A stretch of 64,000 nt of DNA from a virus (lineage: Duplodnaviria; Heunggongvirae; Uroviricota; Caudoviricetes): the IMG/VR virus record IMGVR_UViG_3300023371_000089, positions 1 to 64,000 of that record; one strand, 5' to 3'. This document shows, piece after piece, positions 35,087 to 45,717 of the stretch. How positions within the stretch are numbered: position 1 is the first letter of the stretch; every line of letters starts with the position of its first letter. The translations under genes were made by a program, and so were the position numbers. Below the pieces are notes generated by a model. The model was given only the letters and a program-made list of their open reading frames with translations. It did not search any database and was not told the DNA's origin.

Positions 35087-37135
35087 TTAATTCAGAACCT
35101 CTGCATCGTCGCCGTCATAGTACATGAAACCATAAAGGCCTTCACTACCTTTGACAAGTTCGATGTGTCCTGCAGCGACTGTCTCATCAGTTGCTGTTTC
35201 AACCTTAACCGAAACCTTAGGGTTGTTAGGGTCAGCGTTGTTTACTTCAATAGCATTGTCTGCGGAAGTAACTGAATTCACACCACCCGCAACAGCAGCG
35301 CGAATGCTATCCTGAATACCCTGAAGGACTGTTGAAATCTTGGTATCTCCTGAATAAATCGCATCACCTGTTGCGCCAGTAATATCACTACCGAGAGCAA
35401 TATCCTTAGCAGCAATTTCGAGTTCAGCAACCTTACCCTCAGAAACTACAGCATCAATACCATTAACCTTAACAGCCTCAATTACGTTAACCTGAGCGCC
35501 CTCAGCAATGTTATTAAGTTTCTCCTCATAAGAAGCCTCAAATTCATTGAAACCGTCTTTGGTTACGAAAGTATCGTCGCCATACTTCTTAGCATCAGCA
35601 AGAACCTGAGCGTCAGCAGCAGCCCACTTCTTATCAATCTCAACCTCACGCTCATCGGTATAAGCCTTAGCGTCAGCAAGAGCCTGAGCAGCTGCGCCTG
35701 CAACCTCGTAGTTTCCTGCAAGGCCATCAGCATATTCTTTAGCAGCCCTAAGAACCTCATTATCAAGTTCAGTTATCTTATCAAGGAATGCTTGTGAAAC
35801 TGCAATACCATTAGTTGTTACCTGAAGATAAGTGTTTGCAGTCTCATCAACCTTTACCTTGAACGTTTTACCATCAAGAACAAGGCCATCACCCGCAGCA
35901 TAGTAATCAAGAAGGTCTGTTACATCCATGCGGATATCTTCTTTACCTGCAGCAGTATTGAAGGTCAATACGAGATATTTCTCACCGGCCTCACCTTCTT
36001 TAGGTCCATCAAGAACAGCACCTTCAAGCATACCATCCTTAATGAAAGCAGTTGCATCAATTGATGAAACAACCTCACCATTAATTCCCTGGAGACGAAG
36101 CACTGCATTCTGTTCATCTGAAGCCGGAACATAAGCAAGAGTAAGAGTTGTTTTCAATTTATCTCCATCAAGGGAAATAACTTTTTCACCATCAGCAACT
36201 CCCTGAACCGGAGCAGTTGGAACAATAACATCAACTGATTTATCAGCCTCTGCTATCACAAGAGCCTGTCCGTTAACTTTAACGACCTCAAGTTTGTTAA
36301 CCTGAGCACCTGCCTCGATATTACCAAGTTTAGTACCCTCATCATTAGTCATAAGACGAGAACCCTCAACCTTATCGACTTTCTTACCAAGTTCACCCTC
36401 TATTTCAGATTTAAGAGCAGCATCAGCACCTATATAAGCATCATGGTCAATTGCTTCAAGAACCTTAACGCGCCCATCCATAGCCTCGTCCTTACCATCG
36501 GCATAGTCTTTAGCGTCAGTAAGAGCCTGAGCAGCCTGTTCATCAGCATAAGTCTTTGCTGCATCCTCAGCATCGGCAATTTCTTTGTAAAGTCCTGTAG
36601 CAGCATCCTCGCCTGCAGCCGCTTTTCCTATTTCAGATTCAATACCTGAAACCTTAGTCTTAAGTTCAGCAACGTCAGCGTCAAGATTACCACTTGCAGT
36701 AGAAGCTGCGAGTTTCTGAAGTTGTCCCTGACCGATTACAATATAAGGAGCAGCGTCATATTCAACAGCAGCACCTTCACCTTCTCCGTCAGCATCATAC
36801 TCAGATTTAGTCTTAACATAGATAACCTGACCAATATTATCATCAGTTGCAAGAGCAACTGCATCCTTATATTCTTCAACAGCAAGTGAACCATTTCCTG
36901 AACCTACGGCAACCCAAGCGTCTTCTGAAGTCGAATTAGCCGCATCTTTAAGCATGTATACCTGTCCATCTTCAACAACAGCAACAAGCATACCGTTATA
37001 TTTCGCCAAACCAAATGTATCATCAGCAAGCAAGTCAGCAAATGACTGTACTACTGTTCTATCATCAAGTGGCTGTGCACCGGTAGGTTTAATTGCCGAT
37101 GCGAAGTTTATCATACCATTAAATAATTTTGCCAT
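35087..37135 (-). CDS. Tail-fibre protein (Ala/Asp/Glu-rich, 682 aa) from the paralogue family that shares an N-terminal GSLAVEEYKDAV domain.
   Basis: VAVGSGNGSLAVEEYKDAVALATDDNIGQVIYVK...PYIVIGQGQLQKL is homologous to the N-terminus of the protein at 52323. It also carries a GEKYLVLTFNTAAGKEDI module. Confidence 0.65.
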   Translation of the reverse strand: MAKLFNGMINFASAIKPTGAQPLDDRTVVQSFADLLADDTFGLAKYNGMLVAVVEDGQVYMLKDAANSTSEDAWVAVGSGNGSLAVEEYKDAVALATDDNIGQVIYVKTKSEYDADGEGEGAAVEYDAAPYIVIGQGQLQKLAASTASGNLDADVAELKTKVSGIESEIGKAAAGEDAATGLYKEIADAEDAAKTYADEQAAQALTDAKDYADGKDEAMDGRVKVLEAIDHDAYIGADAALKSEIEGELGKKVDKVEGSRLMTNDEGTKLGNIEAGAQVNKLEVVKVNGQALVIAEADKSVDVIVPTAPVQGVADGEKVISLDGDKLKTTLTLAYVPASDEQNAVLRLQGINGEVVSSIDATAFIKDGMLEGAVLDGPKEGEAGEKYLVLTFNTAAGKEDIRMDVTDLLDYYAAGDGLVLDGKTFKVKVDETANTYLQVTTNGIAVSQAFLDKITELDNEVLRAAKEYADGLAGNYEVAGAAAQALADAKAYTDEREVEIDKKWAAADAQVLADAKKYGDDTFVTKDGFNEFEASYEEKLNNIAEGAQVNVIEAVKVNGIDAVVSEGKVAELEIAAKDIALGSDITGATGDAIYSGDTKISTVLQGIQDSIRAAVAGGVNSVTSADNAIEVNNADPNNPKVSVKVETATDETVAAGHIELVKGSEGLYGFMYYDGDDAEVLN

Positions 37136-37164
37136 ATCCTAAAATCAATATTCTTCAATTATTA

Positions 37165-39111
37165 TTAAGCCACTGTGAATTTAACACGGTTAGGTCCTTC
37201 AGTTGAAGCCCACTCATAAACTGTATAAGTCACCTCTTTACCCTGAATAGTTCTTGTAACAGTACCGTTTGCGACGAACTTATCTTTACAATCAATAGCA
37301 TATTTCGCTGTAGTTGGATTGATTGCCATTGCAGTTGTTACCTTCCAAGCACCAGGGAGGAAAAGACGGTATGGTTCAAGGCCCTGATTAGCAAATGAAA
37401 CCGCAAATGAAGTATTTGATTTCATAAGAGCCAATTTAGTACCATCACCTGTTACTGGAGCAGCGAGGTCTGCCATAGCCGCACCAGTTGCATCTGTAGT
37501 AGAAGCACTAACGCCATTGGTATATACAGGATAAACACCTGTTACAGTGAATGTTGCAGACTGATTAGAAGGGTCTTTTTCAACACCTGCCTGAGCAGCA
37601 ATTGCAACTGATTTCTTCTCCTCACTTCTTCCACCAAGGTTTGAAACGATATAATAAGAAGCAACTCCATCATGTGAACCTGTATGCTTAGGCGCATCCT
37701 CAGTTACTACATACTTATTAGTTCCTTCAACAGCAACAAGAGTACATGAAGCAAGCTTACATAAAGAAGCGGTAGCGTCTTGAACTGTTGTTGGGAGTGT
37801 TCCTGTGAAACCGGTAGAAGCCGCTGAAAGTTCATAAACGTTGTTATTCATCTGTGAAACTGTCCAAGCACCTGAAACTGAAGTTGCGTCTACAACATCA
37901 TCACCATCAACAGTAGCAGAATAACCATGCTCAAATCCACTTACTTTAGGCTCAGTCTTAGAAATTGAAACTGCATTTGCTGTAACCTCACTGAATGTAA
38001 TTGCCTGTCCAACTTCTACAAGCCCATTATTGTTTCCACCTGTTGCACTAACAGTTGGTGCTGAAATTGAAACACTATAACTTGGAGTATTCTTTGAAGG
38101 TACCGGATAGATTTCAACACAAAGAAGAGCCTTAAGAACTGCCTGAAGGTCAGTACCTGCAGGGATGACACCATCAGCAAAAGCAGATTTAACTGCATCA
38201 GAAGCAAGAGGGCCACCCTCAATTGTAATAGATTCCTTAAGAACTGTCTTATCAACTGTCATATCGTCAACAACAAGTTCATTGGATTCGTTAACTGAAA
38301 GGAAGTTGTTAGCCTCAGCAACCTTAACATTGAAAGTCACACCATCCTCAGCGAGTTCGAGTGCGGTACCTGCATTGTAAAGTTTCGCAAAATCAGAAAC
38401 CTTAATCTCATCAGTCTTAGTTGACTCACCCTCAGTCTTCCAAGTGAAAATGATATATTTCTCACCATCTTCTTTAGTTTCAACTTTAACATCCTCAAGA
38501 ACGCTGTCTTTCAGGAAATCAGTTGCATCAAATCCTGCAATTTCCTCGCCACCAATTCCCGTAAGAGAGATTTTATTGTTCTCATATTTAAGACCAATTG
38601 TTGATGAAAGAATACCGTCAGCAACATTAAGAACTTTGTCGCCTTCAGCAACATTCTTCACCATAATTTCAGTAAGTGAATCTTGAAGGTCCTTAATATC
38701 ACCTTCAACTTCGTCGAAACGAGCAGTAACCTTAGCGAAAGCAGCAGCAAGATTTGCAAAATCCTCATCCATTACAGTGATTTTGCCTTCACCATCAAGA
38801 CTAACATTTACAATACCTACCACCTTAAGAAGGGCTGCAGCTACATCAGCGCTCTCGTCATCAAGAGTGGCAATTTTATCAGCAAGAGATTCAATCTGTC
38901 CTTCCTGATAACGAGCATAGTGCTTTGTACCGAAATAAATGTCATAAATGTCGTTTCTTAAATCATTGTCATCCTGTACGCCCTCAGTGTTGGCATCAGA
39001 ATCAACAACTGTTCTAACGAACCAAATATAACCTTTTCTATCAGCTGCAGCAACCTCTGCGAAAGTCGTACCAAGTACGGACTTAATACCTTTAAAAAGT
39101 TGTTTTGACAT
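37165..39111 (-). CDS. Tail-fibre or structural protein, 648 aa.
   Basis: Shares the GEKYIIFTWKTEGES...DGVTFNVKV module with the proteins at 35087 and 52323. The C-terminal region is S/T/G/A-rich and beta-rich. Confidence 0.6.
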   Translation of the reverse strand: MSKQLFKGIKSVLGTTFAEVAAADRKGYIWFVRTVVDSDANTEGVQDDNDLRNDIYDIYFGTKHYARYQEGQIESLADKIATLDDESADVAAALLKVVGIVNVSLDGEGKITVMDEDFANLAAAFAKVTARFDEVEGDIKDLQDSLTEIMVKNVAEGDKVLNVADGILSSTIGLKYENNKISLTGIGGEEIAGFDATDFLKDSVLEDVKVETKEDGEKYIIFTWKTEGESTKTDEIKVSDFAKLYNAGTALELAEDGVTFNVKVAEANNFLSVNESNELVVDDMTVDKTVLKESITIEGGPLASDAVKSAFADGVIPAGTDLQAVLKALLCVEIYPVPSKNTPSYSVSISAPTVSATGGNNNGLVEVGQAITFSEVTANAVSISKTEPKVSGFEHGYSATVDGDDVVDATSVSGAWTVSQMNNNVYELSAASTGFTGTLPTTVQDATASLCKLASCTLVAVEGTNKYVVTEDAPKHTGSHDGVASYYIVSNLGGRSEEKKSVAIAAQAGVEKDPSNQSATFTVTGVYPVYTNGVSASTTDATGAAMADLAAPVTGDGTKLALMKSNTSFAVSFANQGLEPYRLFLPGAWKVTTAMAINPTTAKYAIDCKDKFVANGTVTRTIQGKEVTYTVYEWASTEGPNRVKFTVA

Positions 39112-39229
39112 ATCTGATTATTATTTATTCTTATAATTCCAGTTTATTTTAACATTAAATTAATATCTCTTATAAATAATAATATTATTTTAAATATTAT
39201 ATTTTTATTAAGATATTTTCTTACTTATA

Positions 39230-40162
39230 TTAGAGAATTTCGTTTTCCAAATCATCACCCGAAAGAGATATGCCCGTTGAATAAAGACCATCCTCATTAA
39301 CAACCAAAACATTATCTTCAGCGTTTGAAATCTTCACGGAAAGTTTCTTATTCTCGTCTTTCTGAATTGTAATTCCATCAACAGCAACATCACCCTCACC
39401 ACTTGTGATTGAATCAAGCCTGTCTTGAATTGTGATTACATCACCCGAAATTGTCTGAATCTTAGCGTCAGTGCTTGCGGTATACTCATTAAATGATTCT
39501 TCCAAAGTCCCAACCTTTTTAGAAACATCTTGAATTTGCTGAGTATTGCCTGAAACCCTTGCTGAAATTGCTTCAATATTCTGAGTATTTACTGAAACAT
39601 TTCCTGCTATTGAATTGATTCGTTCTGAAAGGCCTTCATCAGCCTTTTTATAGGCTTCATCAATTTCGCTGATACGGGTTTCAACCTCAGTAAGGTCAAC
39701 ATCCGGAACTGAAGCGGAAATTACAAGACTGCCATCAATTTCTTCTACAAAAGCAATATTATCACCTGCTTTAAGTTTGTCAATACCCGCAATCTTTTCA
39801 ATTTTTGAATTAAGGTTTGAAATACCGTTTGCATTTTCATCTGCCTTTGATGCTATATCCTTAATGCGTGAATCAAGATTTTTCAATTCACCCTCAACTG
39901 CATCAACACGCTCCTCGACTTTCCCCAAGTCAATAGAGCCATACTTCTCCCAAGAATAATCTTCAGTAAGAATATACTGTGCGGGGCCCTCACCAAGGCC
40001 ATCATCAAGTACCATCACAACCATACCAGGCGTGTAATACTTGGCCAATACAAATGAACTGATTTTAGTCAGGTCTTCAATATTGGCGACAGGTGCAACC
40101 TTAGCATCAATATAACCCTTACCAGAGTATTTGAATTGGTCTGAATAATTTATAACTGCCAT
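39230..40162 (-). CDS. Coiled-coil fibre or structural protein, 310 aa.
   Basis: Heptad-like Ser/Ile/Glu-rich repeats (ISARVSGNTQQIQDVSKKVGTLEES...). Confidence 0.5.
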   Translation of the reverse strand: MAVINYSDQFKYSGKGYIDAKVAPVANIEDLTKISSFVLAKYYTPGMVVMVLDDGLGEGPAQYILTEDYSWEKYGSIDLGKVEERVDAVEGELKNLDSRIKDIASKADENANGISNLNSKIEKIAGIDKLKAGDNIAFVEEIDGSLVISASVPDVDLTEVETRISEIDEAYKKADEGLSERINSIAGNVSVNTQNIEAISARVSGNTQQIQDVSKKVGTLEESFNEYTASTDAKIQTISGDVITIQDRLDSITSGEGDVAVDGITIQKDENKKLSVKISNAEDNVLVVNEDGLYSTGISLSGDDLENEIL

Positions 40163-40164
40163 CT

Positions 40165-41130
40165 TTATGCGTATTTGATTATATAAGTTATTGAATCTTC
40201 TGGAATATCAATCACAGCCTCAGGAACTGCAGGGTCATAGACAGCAGAAAGTTCTGTGTCGTTAGCCGTCTTATACCATACATGGTAAGCAACGCCATCA
40301 ATTATTGCATCATGCTCCCTTTTATTCCATCCTTCAATAACAGAATCGTTTGTGGAAGCAGCCAGAATATCAACAACCTCACGGTCAGTGATGATTATAA
40401 TATCCTGAGCATTATTAAGAAGAACCTCAGTTATTTCAGCAGGGGACATTTCTGCAAGACCCTCTATTGCAATAGGTTCAATATCAGCAACAAATGTCTC
40501 AGTTGCACTTTCACTCTCCATTGTTATGCTATCTATAACAGATATTGCATCAAAAATTTCTTCATCTGTCATAGTATCAATATGCCCTTTCATGGCTGCA
40601 ATTTGATATGCAACTGGGAAAACTACCGGTGCATTAAGTGTTATCTGATACTTAAATTCCTCATCCTGATAAGTTTTCTTACCTGCAAGGGCATCGGTTT
40701 CAGAACCACCAATACCATAGTTTTCAATAGAGGCAATATCCCCAAGCCCGAATTGAATTCCTGAAGCGCCTGAAGTTCCTTTCTCTATTTTAACAGTGTA
40801 TTGTTCATCACCATTGTAAGAAATTGCCACATACATATCAGAAGCAGTCGTTCCCGCAAACATAACAACAGCGTCACCATTCACTATCTCAAGTGACATT
40901 GCCTTGGTTTGTATTGTAGGCGTTGTATCTCCGGTATTAGAATCAGAACCGGAACCTGAACCACTACCGTTGGTAATAAAAATAGTTTTTGAATATTCTT
41001 CTCCCGGAAGGTTGCAAAGGTCAATATATGCACCATTCCAATAATGACGTTCCTCTATCCTGTTATCACCCTCCCAAAGTTCACCGTTTGGGCCGATTGA
41101 ATTTTCACGTATATCTCCTAAGTAACTCAT
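40165..41130 (-). CDS. Structural protein with a GSGSGSGS linker, 321 aa.
   Basis: Lies in the structural gene block and contains ...ITNGSGSGSGSDSNTGDTTPT... Confidence 0.5.
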   Translation of the reverse strand: MSYLGDIRENSIGPNGELWEGDNRIEERHYWNGAYIDLCNLPGEEYSKTIFITNGSGSGSGSDSNTGDTTPTIQTKAMSLEIVNGDAVVMFAGTTASDMYVAISYNGDEQYTVKIEKGTSGASGIQFGLGDIASIENYGIGGSETDALAGKKTYQDEEFKYQITLNAPVVFPVAYQIAAMKGHIDTMTDEEIFDAISVIDSITMESESATETFVADIEPIAIEGLAEMSPAEITEVLLNNAQDIIIITDREVVDILAASTNDSVIEGWNKREHDAIIDGVAYHVWYKTANDTELSAVYDPAVPEAVIDIPEDSITYIIKYA

Positions 41131-41248
41131 GGTATACTAATTTAATTTCTTATAAATAGGTAAAAGACTAAGAAAAAGAAGCCTCTCTTATGAAAAATCC
41201 AAAAGAAAGACTTCGTGCAAAAATATATCAAGATTGACTGTAGGTTTC

Positions 41249-42064
41249 CTATTCAGTAGTCTTACCAAGTTCAAGACGTTTATCATAGATATTACCCCAA
41301 ATCTTTGTTGAATATCTAATAACGTAGCCGCCATCAGTTTTTTCAATATCAGGGTTGAATATCTCAGGTTTTTCAATTCCATAGCGATTAACATTAATGT
41401 ATGCTAATGCACAAATCAAAGAATCACAAGCATCATAATTTTCTTTTTTAATCTCCCCTTTACCATTTCTTGACCATTCAATATCAGGATAAAGGTTATT
41501 TACAAGGTCCATCATGATGACTTTCTTGTCAATATCATAAGGATAGGCACCAAAAAGAACGAGATTATTTGAATTAATATCTTTCTTTATATGTGCAAGA
41601 GGATATTCCTTTCCCTTTTTATTATATTTTCTTATTGAACACAACTCAGGGAAAGAAAAAGCACGAGAATCATATGATGAAATAAATTTAGGGACAATAC
41701 CAAGATGATGATATATTGCCTCTGAAACCATACCATTGAATCGTATAAGTTTACCGACAGTCGAAATGTTATTGGATGATAAGAGAGGTTCCTCAATTAT
41801 AACATCAGTTATACCAAATTCTTTTAATGGTACAATAAATTCATTCTCGAAAATTTGTTTCTTAATAAACAAAATCTCAATACCACTAATATCTTTAGGC
41901 ACTTTAGGTGAAATCTGAGTGATTTTTACTATTTCAGGTTTACTTACACCGTCATCAATAACAATTGATGCCCCAATGCATGAGGTACTAATATCAAGTC
42001 CCAAGATGACACGATGAATTTTGTCATCTTTCTCGGTAATTCGTATATTATCTGCTTCAGTCAT
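41249..42064 (-). CDS. RuvC-like (A22/Ydc2-type) Holliday-junction resolvase.
   Basis: RVILGLDISTSCIGASIV (Asp), VIIEEPLL (Glu), NYDACDSLICALAY (Asp/Asp): an RNase-H-fold catalytic pattern. Confidence 0.55.
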   Translation of the reverse strand: MTEADNIRITEKDDKIHRVILGLDISTSCIGASIVIDDGVSKPEIVKITQISPKVPKDISGIEILFIKKQIFENEFIVPLKEFGITDVIIEEPLLSSNNISTVGKLIRFNGMVSEAIYHHLGIVPKFISSYDSRAFSFPELCSIRKYNKKGKEYPLAHIKKDINSNNLVLFGAYPYDIDKKVIMMDLVNNLYPDIEWSRNGKGEIKKENYDACDSLICALAYINVNRYGIEKPEIFNPDIEKTDGGYVIRYSTKIWGNIYDKRLELGKTTE

Positions 42065-42134
42065 TCAACATCTTTTAAAGAAAAATAAGTTAAAAAAGTT
42101 TAAAAGTAAAGTTGTTAGTATCAAAATTTATCAC

Positions 42135-42142
42135 TATATTTG
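42135..42142 (+). promoter_or_regulatory. Bacteroidota-type -7 promoter box TATATTTG, about 18 bp upstream of the ATG at 42160.
   Basis: Exact TAnnTTTG match in a divergent intergenic region. Confidence 0.35.
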
Positions 42143-42159
42143 CAACAAATATTTTTGTT

Positions 42160-42573
42160 ATGACAATTGACATTGAAAATAAATTACATAATGACATAAA
42201 AGAATATTGTAGAATGAATGGTTTGGTGATGAAAGATTTTGTCAACAAACTTCTTAAAAAATCATTTACTGTAGAAAAATATGGGGAAACCCCATTTGGG
42301 GAGGTTTCATTAAAACCTAAAATTCATAATACTGAAGTAGACGGGCGTTTTTCTGATGTCCAATCAACCACAATACTCCACGAGCGAAACAATTCAATAA
42401 GTCAAACTGAAGTGGTGGAAAAAAAAATTCAAATTGTAGACGAACCTAAAACCATTTTTAATGATGATTGTGATATTGAACGTTACAAAGGAGAGGTCCC
42501 GAAAAATTATTATGAAGAAATAAAAGTAACCCAAAAACAAACGGAAAAAAAAAGTAAAAAACGTAAATTATAA
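42160..42573 (+). CDS. Small protein with a ribbon-helix-helix-like N-terminus. Possible transcriptional regulator.
   Basis: MTIDIENKLHNDIKEYCRMNGLVMKDFVNKLLKK follows a beta-strand then helix-helix pattern. It is the first gene of the plus-strand block. Confidence 0.35.
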   Translation: MTIDIENKLHNDIKEYCRMNGLVMKDFVNKLLKKSFTVEKYGETPFGEVSLKPKIHNTEVDGRFSDVQSTTILHERNNSISQTEVVEKKIQIVDEPKTIFNDDCDIERYKGEVPKNYYEEIKVTQKQTEKKSKKRKL

Positions 42574-42578
42574 AATTA

Positions 42579-44969
42579 ATGGCTAAAGATTTGAAAATTG
42601 GCGAAAACGCCAAAATAACAATTGAATGGAAAGTGCTTCCTGTTGATTTTTCAAAGGAAAAAGAAGAAAGTATCAGAGAAAACGTCGCAAAGAAATACGG
42701 TGTTCCATCAAAGAATGTAGAAATTGTTCCTATTTTTATCTCCTTAAATAATAAAGGAGAAAAGGTTGCATTGACCAATGACACAATACAAAACATTCAG
42801 GACCCTAAATTTCAACAGCAACTTTTCCAAGCATATCTTGATGAAAACAATATCGAGGATTATGATTTTAATGAAATCATTAAAATCGACAGTCATATTA
42901 ACTCCCTCATAGATTATGAGGTATATGATAAGTTCAAGAGATATGAAATCAAGTGGTTAAAGTGGTCAAATTTCCTTTCTTATGGAGATGATAACTTTTT
43001 TGATTTTACAACTTTGAATGGTTTGGTTCTTCTTAATGGTGAACCTGCTAATCAGAGCGGTAAATCTACTTTTGCATATGACCTTCTTCATTTCGTACTC
43101 TTTGGTAAGACAACCTCGGGTAAGGCTGACGACCTTGCAGGTATCTTTAATAGATATCGTCCGGAAACAACAGAAGTTAAGGTTGAAGGTTGTATTGAAA
43201 TAGACGGTGAAGATTATATCATTAGGCGCACACTTACTCGCCCCGCACATAAAAGACGTACAGCAAAAAGCAAGGTTACGCAGAAGGTGGAATATTTCAA
43301 AGTCGTCAACGGTGAAGAACAGGTTCTTGACGATATTGAAAACATGGAAGGTGAGAATAATGTTCAAACAACTAAAATCATTAAAGAGGCTATTGGTAAC
43401 GAAAAAGATTTTGACCTCGTAATTTGTGCTAATTCCGACAATCTTAAGTCTTTAATTTCCCTTAAGGATACTGAAAGGGGGCGTCTTCTTTCTAAATGGA
43501 TTGGTCTTCTACCTCTTGAGGAAAAAGATGCCATCGCACGTGAGAAGTGGAATAAAGAAATATCAAAGTCACTTCTTTCCAACATATATAGTCGTGAAGT
43601 GTTGAAAACTGAAATTGATGCATTTAATCTCTCTATCGAAGATAATAGTAAAAGAATTGATGAGACTAAAGTAAAACACACTGACTCTACCAAGAGATGC
43701 GATGAATTGGCTAAACAAAAAGAAGCACTTCTTTCAGCCAAGAGAGAAGTTGACTCCTCCCTTACCAAAGTAGATGTGCATACAATTGAGCGTCAAATTG
43801 AAGATGTCACTGAGAAAGGAAAACAGACAAAGGCATTAATGGATAAAACGAAAAACGACCTTGATGCAATTGCTAATGTTGAATTCTCCGAAAACGAATA
43901 TCAGGACCTGCAAAATAAAAGGGAAAATCTTGCTGTTGAAATAAACGGTATTAAAAATACAATACGTCAACTCCGCGAGACAAATAAAAATCTCGCTGCT
44001 TCAGAGTATTGCCCCACATGTAAAAGAAAACTTGAAGGGGTTAATTATAGCGCAACAATTGCAGAAAACGAAGAAAAAATTAAAACTCTTATCAGTGATG
44101 GGGAGAAAAAGAACGGGAAATTAAACGAAATTAAGGAAAATATCGTTAAAATGGACGAAAATCGTCGTCTTTTTAATGAAAAAAGTCGTTTATCAATACT
44201 TATTGATAAGTATGATGCTGATTTAAAGGTTCTTAGACTTAAACTTAAAGACCTCAGGCAGACAATGAAAGCCCTTGAAGACAATAAGGCTGTAATTGAA
44301 GCGAATAATAAGATAGAAAATTCACTTAATGTCCTTAATGTTTCATTAAAAACTGAAGAGGGTATTAGAGATAATCTTCTCCTTCAAATAAATGGCCTTG
44401 AAAATGAAAATAAAACTCTTCAAGACAACATTAAAAATAGAGAAAACATAATTTCTCAGATTGACAATGAGGAAAAAATTGTCAAGACGTGGAAAATATA
44501 TCTCACTCTTGTTGGTAAGAATGGTATTGGAAAAATGGTTTTACGTCAGGCTCTACCTCTGATAAACGGAGAACTTAAACGTCTTCTCTCAGGAGTTTGT
44601 GATTTTGATGTTGAAGTTGTCATTGACGACCACAATGATGTTGCGTTTAATCTTGTAAGAAATAACACCGTTACAAAATTGTCAGGTGGTTCAGGATTTG
44701 AACAGACTGCAGCGGCATTGGCTTTGAGAGTTGTTCTTGGGAACATTTCGACATTAAGCCGTCCGTCAATTCTTCTTCTTGATGAGGTACTTGGTGGTGT
44801 AGCACAGGAAAACTATGAAAATATCAAACTTTTGTTTGACCGTATAGTAAAAGATTATAGTGTTGTCCTCCACATAACCCACCTTAATCAGATTATAGAT
44901 TGGCACACGTCAATCATAACGGTAAGAAAAGAGAATCAGATATCGTCAATTAGCCAAAAGGCTGTTTAA
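42579..44969 (+). CDS. sbcC: SbcC/Rad50-like (T4 gp46-like) ATPase with a zinc hook.
   Basis: Walker A GEPANQSGKST, a long coiled coil, a CPTCKRKL zinc hook, the signature LSGGSGFEQT and Walker B/D-loop ILLLDEV. Confidence 0.8.
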   Translation: MAKDLKIGENAKITIEWKVLPVDFSKEKEESIRENVAKKYGVPSKNVEIVPIFISLNNKGEKVALTNDTIQNIQDPKFQQQLFQAYLDENNIEDYDFNEIIKIDSHINSLIDYEVYDKFKRYEIKWLKWSNFLSYGDDNFFDFTTLNGLVLLNGEPANQSGKSTFAYDLLHFVLFGKTTSGKADDLAGIFNRYRPETTEVKVEGCIEIDGEDYIIRRTLTRPAHKRRTAKSKVTQKVEYFKVVNGEEQVLDDIENMEGENNVQTTKIIKEAIGNEKDFDLVICANSDNLKSLISLKDTERGRLLSKWIGLLPLEEKDAIAREKWNKEISKSLLSNIYSREVLKTEIDAFNLSIEDNSKRIDETKVKHTDSTKRCDELAKQKEALLSAKREVDSSLTKVDVHTIERQIEDVTEKGKQTKALMDKTKNDLDAIANVEFSENEYQDLQNKRENLAVEINGIKNTIRQLRETNKNLAASEYCPTCKRKLEGVNYSATIAENEEKIKTLISDGEKKNGKLNEIKENIVKMDENRRLFNEKSRLSILIDKYDADLKVLRLKLKDLRQTMKALEDNKAVIEANNKIENSLNVLNVSLKTEEGIRDNLLLQINGLENENKTLQDNIKNRENIISQIDNEEKIVKTWKIYLTLVGKNGIGKMVLRQALPLINGELKRLLSGVCDFDVEVVIDDHNDVAFNLVRNNTVTKLSGGSGFEQTAAALALRVVLGNISTLSRPSILLLDEVLGGVAQENYENIKLLFDRIVKDYSVVLHITHLNQIIDWHTSIITVRKENQISSISQKAV

Positions 44970-44995
44970 AATAAAAAAAGAAACATGAGAATGTA

Positions 44996-45709
44996 ATGTT
45001 AAAAGATTTTAATAATATCTATGACGTAAACGCAGGATATTATTTTAAAGACATAACAAACACTAAGCCCTTAACAAGGGCTGAAGAAAGAAGACTCTCA
45101 AAAAGATGGAGAGAAAAAAAAGATGTAAATGCACGAAATAAGTTGGTTCAATCAAATCTGAAATTCGCTGCAAATATTGCGAAAAATTATAAAGGGCTTG
45201 GATTATCATATTCTGATTTAATTCAAGAAGCGAATGCAGGGCTTTTTAAGGCTGCAGATAAATTTGAACCTGAACTTGGTAATAAATTTATATCTTATGC
45301 AGTAAATTGGATTAGGGAGTCGATATTATCAGCCCTTAAGAAAAGAAATTCTCTCCCCTCAGAAGAATTGCCTGTTGAATACAATGAATTGGAAACCTAT
45401 GAGGAGGCTGATTACATTGATGAAAAAATGAGTGATGATATCTACATTGAAGATAACTCTGAATCTGAAAGAGAAAAGGATATTAATACAGTTGTAAACC
45501 TTCTCTTAAAAGATTTAACCCCAAGAGAACAATTCATTGTTACTAAATATAGCGGCATTGGTGAACGCAAGCCTAAAACATTAGAAGAAATTGGAAATGA
45601 ATTGGGATTAACTAAAGAACGAGTTAGACAGATATATGAAAAAGCAATGAAAAAACTACGTGTTTCGGCACTTGAGAATTGCTTTTCTAAAGATATTTAT
45701 AAAAGATAA
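44996..45709 (+). CDS. Sigma-70 family RNA polymerase sigma factor.
   Basis: Region 2 LVQSNLKFAANIAKNY...YSDLIQEANAGLFKAADKFEPELGNKFISYAVNWIRESI. Region 4 HTH TLEEIGNELGLTKERVRQIYEKAMKKLR. Confidence 0.85.
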   Translation: MLKDFNNIYDVNAGYYFKDITNTKPLTRAEERRLSKRWREKKDVNARNKLVQSNLKFAANIAKNYKGLGLSYSDLIQEANAGLFKAADKFEPELGNKFISYAVNWIRESILSALKKRNSLPSEELPVEYNELETYEEADYIDEKMSDDIYIEDNSESEREKDINTVVNLLLKDLTPREQFIVTKYSGIGERKPKTLEEIGNELGLTKERVRQIYEKAMKKLRVSALENCFSKDIYKR

Positions 45710-45717
45710 ATTTTGTT